Sequence record: SRR22947725_1630 | Direction: 5' to 3' (one strand) | DNA: 50,107 nt | Shown: in pieces, positions 1 through 10,664 of the stretch | Numbering within the stretch: the stretch's first letter is position 1 | Layout: the number at the start of each line of letters is the position of its first letter | Translations under genes and position numbers: made by a program | The notes under the pieces: model-generated | Told to the model about the DNA's origin: nothing | Seen by the model: only the letters and a program-made list of their open reading frames with translations | The model's database searches: none

Positions 1-273
1 GCTACTGCGGCTGAAAAGGAAAAGATGAGGCATCGATCTAGAAGACGCTCGGCGTTAGAAGCAGTGATTGGTCATCTTGAGAAAGACTTCAGAATGATGA
101 GATGTCACCTCAAAGAATCCATTGGAGATAAAATCAATCCCTTACTGGCAGCGAGGGCGTGGAATCTCAATAAATGATGGAACCATTCTTTTGTTTTCGC
201 ATACTCAATCGGTCCTGATTGGTATGAAAATTAATGATCGTCAGGAGTAGAGGCGGTTTTACAGGATCGACTA
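1..273 (+). mobile_element. Decayed 3' end of an IS5-family insertion sequence (transposase C-terminus plus probable right terminal inverted repeat)
   Basis: Frame 1 from base 1 reads ATAAEKEKMRHRSRRRSALEAVIGHLEKDFRMMRCHLKESIGDKINPLLAARAWNLNK* (TGA 175-177). This resembles the IS5-type C-terminal signature RRRAAIEPxIGHLKxDxRMxRxxLKGxxGDxINxLLAAAAWN with several degenerate residues. GGTTTTACAGGATCGACTA at 255-273 resembles the right ends of this IS group. Not in the ORF track. Confidence 0.8.
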
Positions 274-601
274 TTCAATAGCCATAAGGATCTGTTTTTT
301 GTTTAATTTCGCTGCATCCTTTAATTGACGGGAGGGAATTTTCATCAAAATTCAGCCTATTGATCACCCTCCGCTTGTTTTTATCCGGTCCTTCCAGTTT
401 TTTGGCATCGCCATCTAGGGATTGGAGTAGTTTGCTACTTTGTAACAGTTTCTCACACTACCAGTCGTTAAGTAGCTTGTATTGTAGTTCTTCCATTGAA
501 TCAACCTCCTATTGTCTTGCAGATTTTCTTTTTAATTTGACTGGTCATGGTCAATTCACTGATAAAATTGAATGGTTTTTGGAGCATTTTTTCAAAAAAA
601 A

Positions 602-631
602 TTGACGCTACTACGTTTGCTTCCATAGATT
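602..631 (+). promoter_or_regulatory. Putative sigma70-type promoter for citrate synthase
   Basis: TTGACG (602-607), 18-nt spacer, TAGATT (626-631), preceded by an A-tract, about 55 nt upstream of ATG 687. Confidence 0.4.
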
Positions 632-686
632 CTCTCTTGGATTAAAGTAAGTTGAGATAAAATTTGAGCAGATTGAGTGATTCAAT

Positions 687-1814
687 ATGAGTAGTGACGC
701 GACAAAAGGACTTGAAGGAATTGTAGCCGCCAAAACATATCTGAGTGATGTGCGGGGTGATGTGGGGGAATTGATTTACAGGGGTTATGACATCAATGAG
801 CTTGCAGGAAATATAGGTTACGAGGAAACGGTTTATTTATTGCATTATGGCAAGCTTCCGAACCAGTCTGAGCTGAGTGCTTTGAAAACCAAGCTGGTAG
901 GCTACCGTCAACTACCTCAAGGTGTTATAGATTTAATAAAATCCTTACCCAAGGACACCGTCCCTATGAATGCCCTCAGAACAGGCATATCTGCTCTTGG
1001 ATGTTTCGACTCCTCATCCGAGGACAACTCTCCGGAATCACTTCAGGAAAAAGCTCTAAAGATCATTGCTCAAATCCCCATTGTCACAGCTTACTTCCAT
1101 CTCCACCGCCAGGGAAGACCCTTGGTGGAGTCCAGGCCTGATTTGAATGAAGCCGCTAACTTTCTGTATCTCATTAACGGTGGCACGGAAGCTGAGAAAG
1201 ATAGCGTTGACACCTTGGACATGTGTTACGTTCTCCATGCTGATCATGGAATGAACGCTTCCACGTTTGCCTCAAGGGTTACCGTCGCAACCCTTTCTGA
1301 CATTTACTCCGCTGTGACCAGTGCGATTGGTACGCTCAAGGGGCCTTTGCATGGTGGTGCTAATGAGGCCGTCATTCGGATGCTGCAGGAAATAGGTAGC
1401 CTCGAAAATGTGGACGCCTTTGTCGCCGATTGTCTAGAAAACAAAAAGAAAGTCATGGGCATCGGGCACAGAGTTTACAAAGTGCTGGATCCCAGAGCAT
1501 TGAAACTGCGTAAGATGGTTCTCAAGATGGGGGAACACATCGCAGAGCCCAAATGGATTCAGATGAGCGACAAAATCGCGGAAATCATGCTCAACGAAAA
1601 AGGGCTTCACGCCAATGTGGATTTTTATTCTGCCAGCGTTTACTACTCTTTGGAAATACCTATCGATTTGTTTACCCCTATTTTTGCGATTGCGCGAACT
1701 TCAGGGTGGACAGCACATGTATTGGAGCAAATGGCAGACAACCGTTTGATCCGACCTCAAAGCGATTATATTGGTCCAGAGGGCTTGACTGTGACGCCCA
1801 TTGACCAGCGATAG
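687..1814 (+). CDS. gltA: Citrate synthase (short 375-aa type; 2-methylcitrate synthase not excluded)
   Basis: GLEGIVA N-terminus, LHADHGMNAST, catalytic motifs GPLHGGAN, GIGHRVYK and NVDFY; adjacent to sucCD. Confidence 0.9.
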   Translation: MSSDATKGLEGIVAAKTYLSDVRGDVGELIYRGYDINELAGNIGYEETVYLLHYGKLPNQSELSALKTKLVGYRQLPQGVIDLIKSLPKDTVPMNALRTGISALGCFDSSSEDNSPESLQEKALKIIAQIPIVTAYFHLHRQGRPLVESRPDLNEAANFLYLINGGTEAEKDSVDTLDMCYVLHADHGMNASTFASRVTVATLSDIYSAVTSAIGTLKGPLHGGANEAVIRMLQEIGSLENVDAFVADCLENKKKVMGIGHRVYKVLDPRALKLRKMVLKMGEHIAEPKWIQMSDKIAEIMLNEKGLHANVDFYSASVYYSLEIPIDLFTPIFAIARTSGWTAHVLEQMADNRLIRPQSDYIGPEGLTVTPIDQR

Positions 1815-1913
1815 GCCGCAACGCAGGGCTTTTCCAAAACCATCTGCCTTATAATTGCCATTGAGTTGCCTCCTCCAATGTTATTTTACCCTGCTTTTTA
1901 AGCGATCGATTTC

Positions 1914-3113
1914 ATGAATATTCACGAATACCAAGCCAAAGAATTATTAGCACGCAACGGCGTAAACGTCCCTTCAGGCAAGGCCTGCAAAAGCATCGAA
2001 GAAGCTCAAACTGCTGCACAAGCTCTTTTTGACGCCGGGCAGAGCATGCTAGTGATCAAATCTCAGATCCATGCAGGTGGACGAGGCAAGGGGACCTTCA
2101 AGAGTGGCTTTCAAGGCGGAGTGCATCTTTGCAAGAGCGTGGACGAGACGGTTGAGACGGCAAAAGCCATGCTAGGCGAAGTATTGGTTACCAAACAAAC
2201 AGGTCCTGAGGGGCGCGAGGTGAAAACTCTGCTGGTAGCTAGCGCTGAAAAAATTGTAAAAGAACTGTATCTTGCTGTTTTACTTGATCGCAACACCTCC
2301 AAGCCCATTGTCATGGCCAGCACCGAGGGGGGGATGGATATCGAGGAGGTCGCCGAGAAATCGCCCGAAAAGATTGTCAAGGAAACGATAGACCCCGCGA
2401 TGGGGATGATGCCTTATCAAGCCCGTAAAATAGCTGCTGCATTGAATCTTCCTTCGTCCCTCATAGGGCAAGCGACCAAGCTGCTCATGGGTGTCTACAA
2501 AACTTTTTGGAGTTGTGACGCGTCTATGGTCGAAATCAATCCACTTTGTATTGTTGAAAATGTGGATGAGACTCAGGGGATTGCTGCGGTCGATGCAAAA
2601 ATCTCTCTCGATGACAACGCGCTGTATCGGCACAAGGACATTTTGGAAATGCGGGATCTTGCTGAGGAGGCGCCTCTTGAAATCGAAGCAGGTAAATTTG
2701 ATCTCAACTATATTAAACTCGACGGCAATATAGCTTGTCTTGTCAATGGTGCAGGTTTGGCCATGGCGACGATGGACATTATCAAGCATTACGGTGGGGA
2801 CCCAGCTAATTTCCTCGATGTAGGCGGCGGAGCTTCGCGTGAACAGGTCACTGCCGCATTCAAAATCATCCTGAGTGATCCGAATGTGAAAGGTATCTTG
2901 GTCAATATCTTTGGGGGGATCATGCAGTGCGATGTGATCGCCGAGGGTGTGGTATCTGCCGCCAAGGAAACCAAGTTATCGATTCCACTTGTGGTGCGTC
3001 TGGAAGGTAACAATGTTGAGATTGGTAAAAAAATTCTCAATGAATCTGGACTGGAGCTAATCAGTGGAGACTCGATGGCTGATGCAGCTAAGAAAATTGT
3101 GGCTGTTGTCTGA
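1914..3113 (+). CDS. sucC: Succinyl-CoA ligase (ADP-forming) beta subunit
   Basis: [51 protein letters not shown]. Confidence 0.97.
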   Translation: MNIHEYQAKELLARNGVNVPSGKACKSIEEAQTAAQALFDAGQSMLVIKSQIHAGGRGKGTFKSGFQGGVHLCKSVDETVETAKAMLGEVLVTKQTGPEGREVKTLLVASAEKIVKELYLAVLLDRNTSKPIVMASTEGGMDIEEVAEKSPEKIVKETIDPAMGMMPYQARKIAAALNLPSSLIGQATKLLMGVYKTFWSCDASMVEINPLCIVENVDETQGIAAVDAKISLDDNALYRHKDILEMRDLAEEAPLEIEAGKFDLNYIKLDGNIACLVNGAGLAMATMDIIKHYGGDPANFLDVGGGASREQVTAAFKIILSDPNVKGILVNIFGGIMQCDVIAEGVVSAAKETKLSIPLVVRLEGNNVEIGKKILNESGLELISGDSMADAAKKIVAVV

Positions 3114-3166
3114 AACCAAGCTATTACGTATCCTCTTCACAAAAAATTTCAAAACAAGAATCGAAT

Positions 3167-4057
3167 ATGGCAATTTTAGTCACTCCCGAAACAAAGGTTT
3201 TAGTCCAAGGTATTACAGGTTCGTTTGGTGGACGGCACGCACAATTGAGTCTGGAATACGGCTCGCAAATCGTGGCTGGGGTGACCCCTGGTAAAGGCGG
3301 ACAAACCTTCGAAGACAAAGTCCCTGTGTTTGATACGGTTGCTCAAGCGGTAGCTGAAACAGGAACAACAACTTCTGCGGTTTTTGTTCCACCGCCATTC
3401 GCCGCTGATGCCATTCTTGAGGGTGTGGACGCGGGACTTGATCTTGTGGTCTGCATCACCGAAGGAATACCTGTTAATGACATGGTGAAGGTGAAACGTG
3501 CACTGGAGGGAAGTAAAACCCGACTGATAGGCCCCAACTGTCCAGGCATTGTCACTCCGGGTGAAGGTGAACAGTCTTCTGGAGGATGTCGCATTGGCAT
3601 CGCGCCGGGGTATATCCATAAAAAAGGTAATATCGGCGTTGTTTCTCGCAGTGGAACTTTAACTTACGAAGCCGTCTGGCAATTGACTTGTCGGGGAGTG
3701 GGGCAATCGACTTGCGTGGGTATCGGAGGAGATCCGGTCAATGGTACTTCACATCTTGATGTGATCAAGATGTTCAACGATGACCCTGACACACACGGTA
3801 TCATTATGATCGGTGAAATCGGTGGTTCAGCTGAGGAAGAAGCGGCTGCTTGGATCCGTGACAATTGCAAAAAGCCAGTAGCAGGATTCATTGCGGGAAC
3901 TACGGCACCTCCCGGGCGACGCATGGGCCACGCTGGAGCAATTGTCAGTGGTGGGAAAGGGACGGCAGAAGCAAAAATTGACGCCTTCCGCGAAGCCGGA
4001 ATTCAAGTAGCTCAAACACCCTCAGAAATGGCCGACGTCCTGCTCAAGGTGATGTAA
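3167..4057 (+). CDS. sucD: Succinyl-CoA ligase alpha subunit
   Basis: [30 protein letters not shown], phospho-His motif RRMGHAGA. Confidence 0.97.
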   Translation: MAILVTPETKVLVQGITGSFGGRHAQLSLEYGSQIVAGVTPGKGGQTFEDKVPVFDTVAQAVAETGTTTSAVFVPPPFAADAILEGVDAGLDLVVCITEGIPVNDMVKVKRALEGSKTRLIGPNCPGIVTPGEGEQSSGGCRIGIAPGYIHKKGNIGVVSRSGTLTYEAVWQLTCRGVGQSTCVGIGGDPVNGTSHLDVIKMFNDDPDTHGIIMIGEIGGSAEEEAAAWIRDNCKKPVAGFIAGTTAPPGRRMGHAGAIVSGGKGTAEAKIDAFREAGIQVAQTPSEMADVLLKVM

Positions 4058-4087
4058 TCGCTATCGCATTTCACATCCTTGTATTTC

Positions 4088-4121
4088 AGGGCCACCGGAT
4101 TGATTTCTGGTGGCCCTTTTT
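4088..4121 (+). terminator. Rho-independent terminator after sucD
   Basis: AGGGCCACCGGA-ttgatt-TCTGGTGGCCCT stem followed by a T-run, 30 nt after the sucD stop. Confidence 0.85.
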
Positions 4122-4184
4122 GTTCAAATTAACCATTGATCTGTCATTCCCAAATCAAATGGAATCTGTTACACCGTTTATCGG

Positions 4185-5015
4185 ATGCAGATCATTGACT
4201 TCATTCTCAATATAGCAGCTTGGATACTATGGGTGAACGGGTGGATGCAACTCCACAACCCGACCGAGATCCAGCGCCCATTGACCCTGTTGGGAACTTT
4301 GGTGGGGCCGTCGCGTCGCATCGGAAGCGCATGGATATATTTCGGTGGCTTCCTTTTGATTTTGCTGGTCAAAGTCCTGCTGCTGCATTACCTGGGAGCT
4401 CCCATTGATCCGACCCTATCAATGAATTTCATGTTGCTGGTGGTTTATTTCAAGACAGCGAGCTTGAGTTCGATGTTTTGGATGGCAGTGGCCAGTTTTC
4501 TGAAATTTGCAATGATTGCCTATATCTGGCTCTGGTTTTTATCACGCCTCAGCCCCAGAAACGGTGCCGAAAATATCGTGAACGGTCTGGGGGCTTCACT
4601 GGGATTCCTTCAAAGCAGGCACTGGCTGATACAGGTTTTGCTTCTTCTCACCTTCGGTTTCATAGGGTGGGTTTTTCTTGCTATTGTTTTTGGCTGGCAG
4701 GGCATACTGCCAGTGGTCAGCGATGTTCCACATTTGTTATGGCAAGCCCTTTGTATTTCCATCTGTGCCTGGCTTGGTCTTTACTACCTCATCATCCTCT
4801 TGATGTTGCTTTACCTCATCCACAGTTACGTGCACTTGGGCAATTGGGAAGGCTGGGACTGGGTTGATGAGGTAGCTGGGAAATTGTTGTCACCATTGTC
4901 CCGTTTGCCTTTCCAATGGGCCAGTATTGATTTTGCACCTCTGGTGATCTTGTTGTTGAACTGGTGTATTTACCTCTCTTGTGATTATCTTATCCTTTTG
5001 GTCTATCAAGGGTGA
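4185..5015 (+). CDS. YggT-family multi-pass membrane protein
   Basis: Several hydrophobic segments; C-terminal LLSPLSRLP...IDFAPLVILLL resembles the YggT motif. Confidence 0.65.
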   Translation: MQIIDFILNIAAWILWVNGWMQLHNPTEIQRPLTLLGTLVGPSRRIGSAWIYFGGFLLILLVKVLLLHYLGAPIDPTLSMNFMLLVVYFKTASLSSMFWMAVASFLKFAMIAYIWLWFLSRLSPRNGAENIVNGLGASLGFLQSRHWLIQVLLLLTFGFIGWVFLAIVFGWQGILPVVSDVPHLLWQALCISICAWLGLYYLIILLMLLYLIHSYVHLGNWEGWDWVDEVAGKLLSPLSRLPFQWASIDFAPLVILLLNWCIYLSCDYLILLVYQG

Positions 5016-5063
5016 TGGACACAGGTCTTCATCTCATGAGTCGGCCCTATTGGCCTGGTGGTA

Positions 5064-7277
5064 TTACTTCGTCATGACGACAAATCTTTCAAGGACGCCA
5101 AACAGGGCTTTCTGGTTTTGATTGCTTACTGTTTCCTCCAGATTCAATTCGCCACCTTTCGCCTGGGAGACTTTGAATTGGCGCCTGCGGGATGCTCCTT
5201 CTTCGTATTTAAAAGTCTGTCCATCGTCTTCATAGAGGTCACCTATCCCTGGTTCAGTGCCATACCATCGCACCTCCAGTGGATGACCAATGGCACGCTT
5301 GACCTGGTTGACGGAATCGCTCAGCATCGGAATCACTGCGCCCTCTTTTACAAAAAGCGGGATACGATCACCAAGTTCAGCGGCAGTCACTGAAATAGTC
5401 TCACCATTGCCCGCGAAATTACCCGAGTAAAAATGATACCAATTCCCATGAGGTAGCTGAACTTCACGTCTGGTCGCCTGGTTTTCATAAAATGGTGCAA
5501 CCAAAATGGAAGGACCGAACATATACTGATCCGTCTTCTCGACGCGACGATCCATCGCGTAAGGATTCATTATACCATCAAGTTTACCTTCAATTACTGT
5601 CTCATTTCCACCTGCAAATCCATCTTCCAATATCATGGCTCGGACCGGTGGGATGCCTTTGAAATGGTAATCGGCAAAAGCGGTGTAAAGGTAGGGTAGC
5701 AAGCGCATGCGAAGTTGAATGACATCTCTGACCGCATCCGTCACCTTTTCGTAACTCCATGGTTTTTTTCCCGATGACCAAGCGTTTAATTGTGCCATGG
5801 CAGAGAAACAGGCGGTTTGCATTCGGTTCAACCATTCGCGATCACTTCGAGCCGAGCGGGCCTCAGGGGTCCATAATATTCCGCAGAGACTCGAAGTTGA
5901 AATCCCTGTCAGATATTCACGGTGGTTGTACGCGTCACTGTAGATGACGAATGGATACCCCGATGCAGCGCCATTACCAGCTCTCACCAATCCGTATGTG
6001 CGTACATTGCGTTTTTTGAAGAGATCCGCATAGAGCATGTTCTGCATGAGTAACCCATACGATTGTCGCATCGCTTCACCGGAAACGCCCGAAGGGAAGG
6101 TTGCATGATCCGGCCAGAGCCAGAAATCGTAACCATCCACTTCATCAATTTTGTAACCGCTGACACCAATGCTGATATGATCTTCATGATGTTGATCGGT
6201 CAACAGGCGCCGTGCCTTGGGAAGGGTGTAGTCAGGCACCAGCCCAAGCCAAACCAGATGGGAGCCTGAAAGTGGATACATGGATTCGTAGAGACGGCTA
6301 CTCTTGGAAATATAAGGGTTCTCCCACAGGTTCAAACGGATCCCCTTGTCCAGTAATTCGCGTGTAAATTTTGCGGGATCAGGAAAGCGTTTTTTTTGCC
6401 ATTCGAAGGTGCAAGGATAAGATTTTGTCATCCATCCAGGCTCCAGTCCGACAACATCGATGGGAAAGTTGCGTTCCTCAAAGTCCTTCAGTTCCTCTTT
6501 CACCTGATCCGCGTTGAAAGTTGCATGTACGCGATGCCAGAACCCCAGTCCCCAGAGAGGGGGAAGGGCCCCGCCGCCATGGAACAGGTTATACCGCTGC
6601 ACGACTTCCAATATTGAGTTGCCGGAAAAGACAATCAACTCAAGTCCCGGACTGTTTACCTGAGCCTCCACGGCATCCCCCGGTGGTTGAGCCAACCATG
6701 GTCCCTGCTGAGGTTCGTCGGACGGAGGATTTCGATCTACCTCCGGCGGATTACGCAGGGAATCTTTTCGATTGCCCACTTGATTGTAAATTTTCAGGAA
6801 TCTAGCTGTATTGAAGAACACTCCGTAACCTTTGCTGGAAATGTAAAAAGGCACGGGTGCATGCGTCCGGCCGCCGCCTTTGCTCCAGTGATCCACGTTG
6901 AGGGTCATGACCTTGCGCGAATGCTTGATGCCATCGAGTTGAAGTCCGAATCCATAAAGAGTTTCATCTTCATCGGTCGGGATCCGGACCATTACCTTTT
7001 CGCTTGAGTCCAGATGAAACGAAATGTTCTTTGAGGTAAATGGAAACGCAGCATTGGAGAGGGTATTCAATGCTTTGAGTCTTGGGGGAGCGGCTGCGAG
7101 ATCCGAATAGCGGATTTCATTCTCCAGATCGCCCATTTCAGCTCGCCACACACCGCGTGCGACCTTATCCCAGGAAGTGAGTGGTGAAAGATCACCAAGT
7201 TCAGCGGCATGGTGGGAGCTGTGCCCGAGGAAAATCACTGCGACAATGATGATGGAGGCGATTGGATGGGTTTTCAT
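5064..7277 (-). CDS. Glycoside hydrolase family 31 (secreted alpha-glycosidase)
   Basis: YGFG, HAPVPFYISSKGYGVFFN, PPLWGLGFW, RFPDP, nucleophile region GYKIDEVD, LRMRLLPYLY, QYMFGPSILVAP, IPLFVKEGAVIP. Start placed at MKTHPIA (signal peptide); the ORF track extends to 7361. Confidence 0.88.
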   Translation of the reverse strand: MKTHPIASIIIVAVIFLGHSSHHAAELGDLSPLTSWDKVARGVWRAEMGDLENEIRYSDLAAAPPRLKALNTLSNAAFPFTSKNISFHLDSSEKVMVRIPTDEDETLYGFGLQLDGIKHSRKVMTLNVDHWSKGGGRTHAPVPFYISSKGYGVFFNTARFLKIYNQVGNRKDSLRNPPEVDRNPPSDEPQQGPWLAQPPGDAVEAQVNSPGLELIVFSGNSILEVVQRYNLFHGGGALPPLWGLGFWHRVHATFNADQVKEELKDFEERNFPIDVVGLEPGWMTKSYPCTFEWQKKRFPDPAKFTRELLDKGIRLNLWENPYISKSSRLYESMYPLSGSHLVWLGLVPDYTLPKARRLLTDQHHEDHISIGVSGYKIDEVDGYDFWLWPDHATFPSGVSGEAMRQSYGLLMQNMLYADLFKKRNVRTYGLVRAGNGAASGYPFVIYSDAYNHREYLTGISTSSLCGILWTPEARSARSDREWLNRMQTACFSAMAQLNAWSSGKKPWSYEKVTDAVRDVIQLRMRLLPYLYTAFADYHFKGIPPVRAMILEDGFAGGNETVIEGKLDGIMNPYAMDRRVEKTDQYMFGPSILVAPFYENQATRREVQLPHGNWYHFYSGNFAGNGETISVTAAELGDRIPLFVKEGAVIPMLSDSVNQVKRAIGHPLEVRWYGTEPGIGDLYEDDGQTFKYEEGASRRRQFKVSQAKGGELNLEETVSNQNQKALFGVLERFVVMTK

Positions 7278-7409
7278 GATCATGGTGTCCTCAACAATAA
7301 TGCGCTTGCCGATTGCTGTTAAGCGCATTTTGTTTTCATTACCACAAAACTGTCCATACATGGTTCCTTGAATCGTTAAATTGCAAGGGTTAGTATCTCG
7401 ATTTCAACC

Positions 7410-8618
7410 ATGATAAAGATGATGGACTTTTCCACGGTGGTCTGGCTTTTGTTGGTAATTCAAGTCAGCGCTTCCAACCGTTATGAGCCTGATGTGCTTC
7501 CATTGGGACGTGAATATTTTGATCTTCGTGATGGACTGCAGAACTGCCACTTTCAATTTGAGCGAAAGAAAACGGGTCGCATTGCTTTTCTTGGAGGATC
7601 GATTACCGCCGGCGGTGGTTGGCGTGATCATACAATGAACTATTTTCGGGAACGGTTTCCCGAGACTGAATTTGAGTTCATCGGAGCCGGAATCAGTTCG
7701 ATGGGATCCGTCCCACACGCATTTCGCCTGGAGCGTGACGTCTTCCTGAAAGGGCCTGTGGACTTATTGTTTGTAGAGGCGGCAGTCAACGATACTTCAA
7801 ACACCTCGGAGATATTGCATATGTTGCGCGGTATGGAGGGTGTCGTAAGGCACGCACGCTCGATCAATCCATTGATCGATATCGTACATCTTCATTTTGT
7901 CATGCCCGCGCACATGGTCGATTACAAGAAAGGCAAGACCCCTGACTCAATCGAGCAGCATGAAAAGGTTGCCTCGGCTTATGGTAACCCGACATTGAAC
8001 CTATCTCTGGAGGTCACTGACCGCATTCAGGCGGGTGAATTCACTTGGAATGAAGATTTCAAAAACCTGCATCCATCTCCCTTTGGCCATCGGCTTTATG
8101 CCAACAGCATCGCTCGTATGTTCAATACCGCCTTTCAAAAGCCTTTGTCCAGTGCGGTAAAACCGCATGCACTACCAGACATTGTAGATAGAAAAAGCTA
8201 TGTCAATGGGCGTTTAGGGAGTATTTCGAGCGTGCATCATCTCAAAGATTTTAAATGGAACCCGGCATGGAAGCCTATTGATAAGAAAGATACTCGATCT
8301 GGCTTTGTTCATGTTCCTGCCCTTGTTTCCACACAATCGGGAGCCAGTTTTGAATTTGATTTCAATGGCACTGGGGTAGGGTTGTTCATTACCTCAGGTC
8401 CCGATGCCGGGCGCGTTGAATTCAATATCGACAACGCCGGATTTCGTCCATTGGAGACATTCACACGCTGGAGTCGAAGTCTCCACCTCCCCTGGGCTGT
8501 GATACTCGACGATGGGCTGGAGAACGGTCCGCATCATGTCAGGATACGTATTGCCGAAGAGCATCATCCGGATGGGAACGGAACGGCGCTGCGGGTGTTC
8601 CATCTCCTGTTGAATTAA
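7410..8618 (+). CDS. SGNH/GDSL hydrolase-family protein, secreted
   Basis: Block I IAFLGGSIT, GAGISS, VEAAVND, and NLHPSPFGH; N-terminal signal peptide; divergent from the GH31 gene. Confidence 0.8.
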   Translation: MIKMMDFSTVVWLLLVIQVSASNRYEPDVLPLGREYFDLRDGLQNCHFQFERKKTGRIAFLGGSITAGGGWRDHTMNYFRERFPETEFEFIGAGISSMGSVPHAFRLERDVFLKGPVDLLFVEAAVNDTSNTSEILHMLRGMEGVVRHARSINPLIDIVHLHFVMPAHMVDYKKGKTPDSIEQHEKVASAYGNPTLNLSLEVTDRIQAGEFTWNEDFKNLHPSPFGHRLYANSIARMFNTAFQKPLSSAVKPHALPDIVDRKSYVNGRLGSISSVHHLKDFKWNPAWKPIDKKDTRSGFVHVPALVSTQSGASFEFDFNGTGVGLFITSGPDAGRVEFNIDNAGFRPLETFTRWSRSLHLPWAVILDDGLENGPHHVRIRIAEEHHPDGNGTALRVFHLLLN

Positions 8619-8694
8619 GCTTTGTATTGATGGGTGTTTTCCTGTTCAGGGTCTTTAGCTTGTTCGCAGAGCACTCTCATTCTAACCTTTCAAT

Positions 8695-10488
8695 ATGTCA
8701 TTGTTGAAAATTTCAGGCCTCTCCTTGCTCTGGTGCTGTCATTGCCTTTTTGCTCTGGACGAAATCTCAAAAGATCGAAATGTGGTGACTGGTGACGGTG
8801 ATGGTTTTGAAGCGCTCGTCAACGATTACTTCGACGAATCGGCCCGGCTTTCACCCGTCTGGGCAACGGGCATTGGAGATCATCGGTATGACGCATCCAT
8901 AGATGATGTTAGTGAGCAAGGCCGCGAGCGAAGACGGCAGTTGCAATTGGATCTTTTACAGCGAATCGAGATTCTTTCCAGAGGGAGACTTTCGAGAGCG
9001 GAGCAAGTTGATCTTGCGATACTGCGGCATCATTTAAAGACGTCTGTATGGCGTCATGACATCTTGCAGGAATGGGCTTGGAATCCGCTGCGTTATTCGG
9101 GACTGGCAGGGGATGCTGTTTACGGTCTGATGGCGCGGGAGTTTGCGCCTTTACCGGATCGGCTTCGTTCCGCCACCTCCAGACTGTTGCAACTGCCTGC
9201 GCTCTTGAAGCAGGCCCGGTCTGTACTCATCCCTTCTCGCGTGCCGCGTGCTCATGCTGAAACCGCTATTGGACAGAACCGCGGTATATTAGCCATCATC
9301 AAAAACACCATTCAACCACACCGCTCAGCATTGAAGCCAAAGGACAGGGGAGATCTCACCGGGGCCATTGAGGTGGCTCGTCAGGCGGTTGAGGAACATC
9401 AACAATGGCTGGAGAATCACTTGTTACCAAGGGCGGCAGGGAACTATCGACTGGGGGCGACCTTATATGATCAAAAACTTGAGCAAACGCTGCAGTCTCC
9501 TTTGACACGGCAACAGATCAAGGAGCGGGGTAAAAAGCAAATACGTGCATTGCATGATCGTATGTTCGATATTGCCAGAAACGTGTATCTAAAGCGTTTT
9601 CCCTATACACAGTTTCCAAGGCGACCGTCACGGGCTTATAAAAAATCAATCATACGAGCCTGCCTTGAGTTAGCCTGTCAGGACAGGCCAAGCGCCGAAG
9701 GCGTGGTGGCTGCCGCCAATGAATCTGTTCGATTGACCCGTCAATTCCTGAGTGAAAATGACATTGTCACGTTGCCCGAGGATCCCATGGAAATTATTGT
9801 CATGCCGGAATTCCGTCGCGGAGTTTCACTCGCCTATTGTGATTCCCCTGGTCCTTTAGAAAAAGGGTTGAAGACCTTTTATGCCGTTTCTCCTCCACCG
9901 GCTTCCTGGACAGAAGAACAGGTTGCCTCTCATCTGCGTGAGTACAATCGCCGGTCGTTGCATAATCTCACGATCCATGAAGCCATGCCTGGTCATTTCG
10001 TTCAACTCGCCCATGCCAATCGAAGCCCCCGCAGGATTCGATCGGTTCTGGGGTCGGGTACCTTCGTAGAAGGGTGGGCAGTTTACAGTGAGTGGATGAT
10101 GTGTGAGGAAGGTTTCCTCAAGGATGATCCCTTGATGCGCTTGGTCGTTTTGAAATGGTACTTGAGAGATGTGACCAATGCCTTACTTGACCAGGCAATA
10201 CACGTTGACGGAATCGAAAAGCAAGAGGCGATGCGCTTGATGATGGAAGATGCGTTTCAAGAGGAGCGTGAAGCGGATGGGAAATGGCGAAGAGCTCAAT
10301 TGACCTCAGCTCAATTATCTACCTATTTCGTCGGTTATCTGGAACATGTGGATCTTCGCTCCGAAGTGGAAGCCGAGTGGGATGGTCATTTCGTGCTGAA
10401 GGAATACCATGATCAGTTATTATCCTTCGGTTCCATAGCTATAAAATACGTCCGCGCCCTCATGCTGGATTCAAGCATTCCAAAGTGA
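8695..10488 (+). CDS. DUF885-family protein (probable zinc metallopeptidase-like)
   Basis: SPVWATGIGDHRYD, TIHEAMPGHFVQ, FVEGWAVYSE, QLSTYFVG; signal peptide. Confidence 0.85.
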   Translation: MSLLKISGLSLLWCCHCLFALDEISKDRNVVTGDGDGFEALVNDYFDESARLSPVWATGIGDHRYDASIDDVSEQGRERRRQLQLDLLQRIEILSRGRLSRAEQVDLAILRHHLKTSVWRHDILQEWAWNPLRYSGLAGDAVYGLMAREFAPLPDRLRSATSRLLQLPALLKQARSVLIPSRVPRAHAETAIGQNRGILAIIKNTIQPHRSALKPKDRGDLTGAIEVARQAVEEHQQWLENHLLPRAAGNYRLGATLYDQKLEQTLQSPLTRQQIKERGKKQIRALHDRMFDIARNVYLKRFPYTQFPRRPSRAYKKSIIRACLELACQDRPSAEGVVAAANESVRLTRQFLSENDIVTLPEDPMEIIVMPEFRRGVSLAYCDSPGPLEKGLKTFYAVSPPPASWTEEQVASHLREYNRRSLHNLTIHEAMPGHFVQLAHANRSPRRIRSVLGSGTFVEGWAVYSEWMMCEEGFLKDDPLMRLVVLKWYLRDVTNALLDQAIHVDGIEKQEAMRLMMEDAFQEEREADGKWRRAQLTSAQLSTYFVGYLEHVDLRSEVEAEWDGHFVLKEYHDQLLSFGSIAIKYVRALMLDSSIPK

Positions 10489-10664
10489 TGATCCGGAGAT
10501 ATGTTCTCTTCCGGAACCACAACCTTCAAGTGCTGGATGCTTGATTGTCTGTCAGCGTGACAATAACAACTTGAATCGACATCTTCTCCCCCTTGCTGAG
10601 TATGGGTGCATCACCAAAGAACTTGGTTTCATGGTGAATCAATGTTCGACTCGGAAGAGGTATT

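Noticed and set aside
360-605. 81-aa plus-strand ORF
   Set aside because: TTG start, Ser/Leu-rich with no motif, and it overlaps the putative promoter region.
687-4057. Citrate synthase plus sucCD as a reverse-TCA citryl-CoA synthetase/lyase system
   Set aside because: The citrate synthase is full-length with intact catalytic motifs, and SucC/SucD look canonical. An ordinary oxidative TCA cluster explains it.
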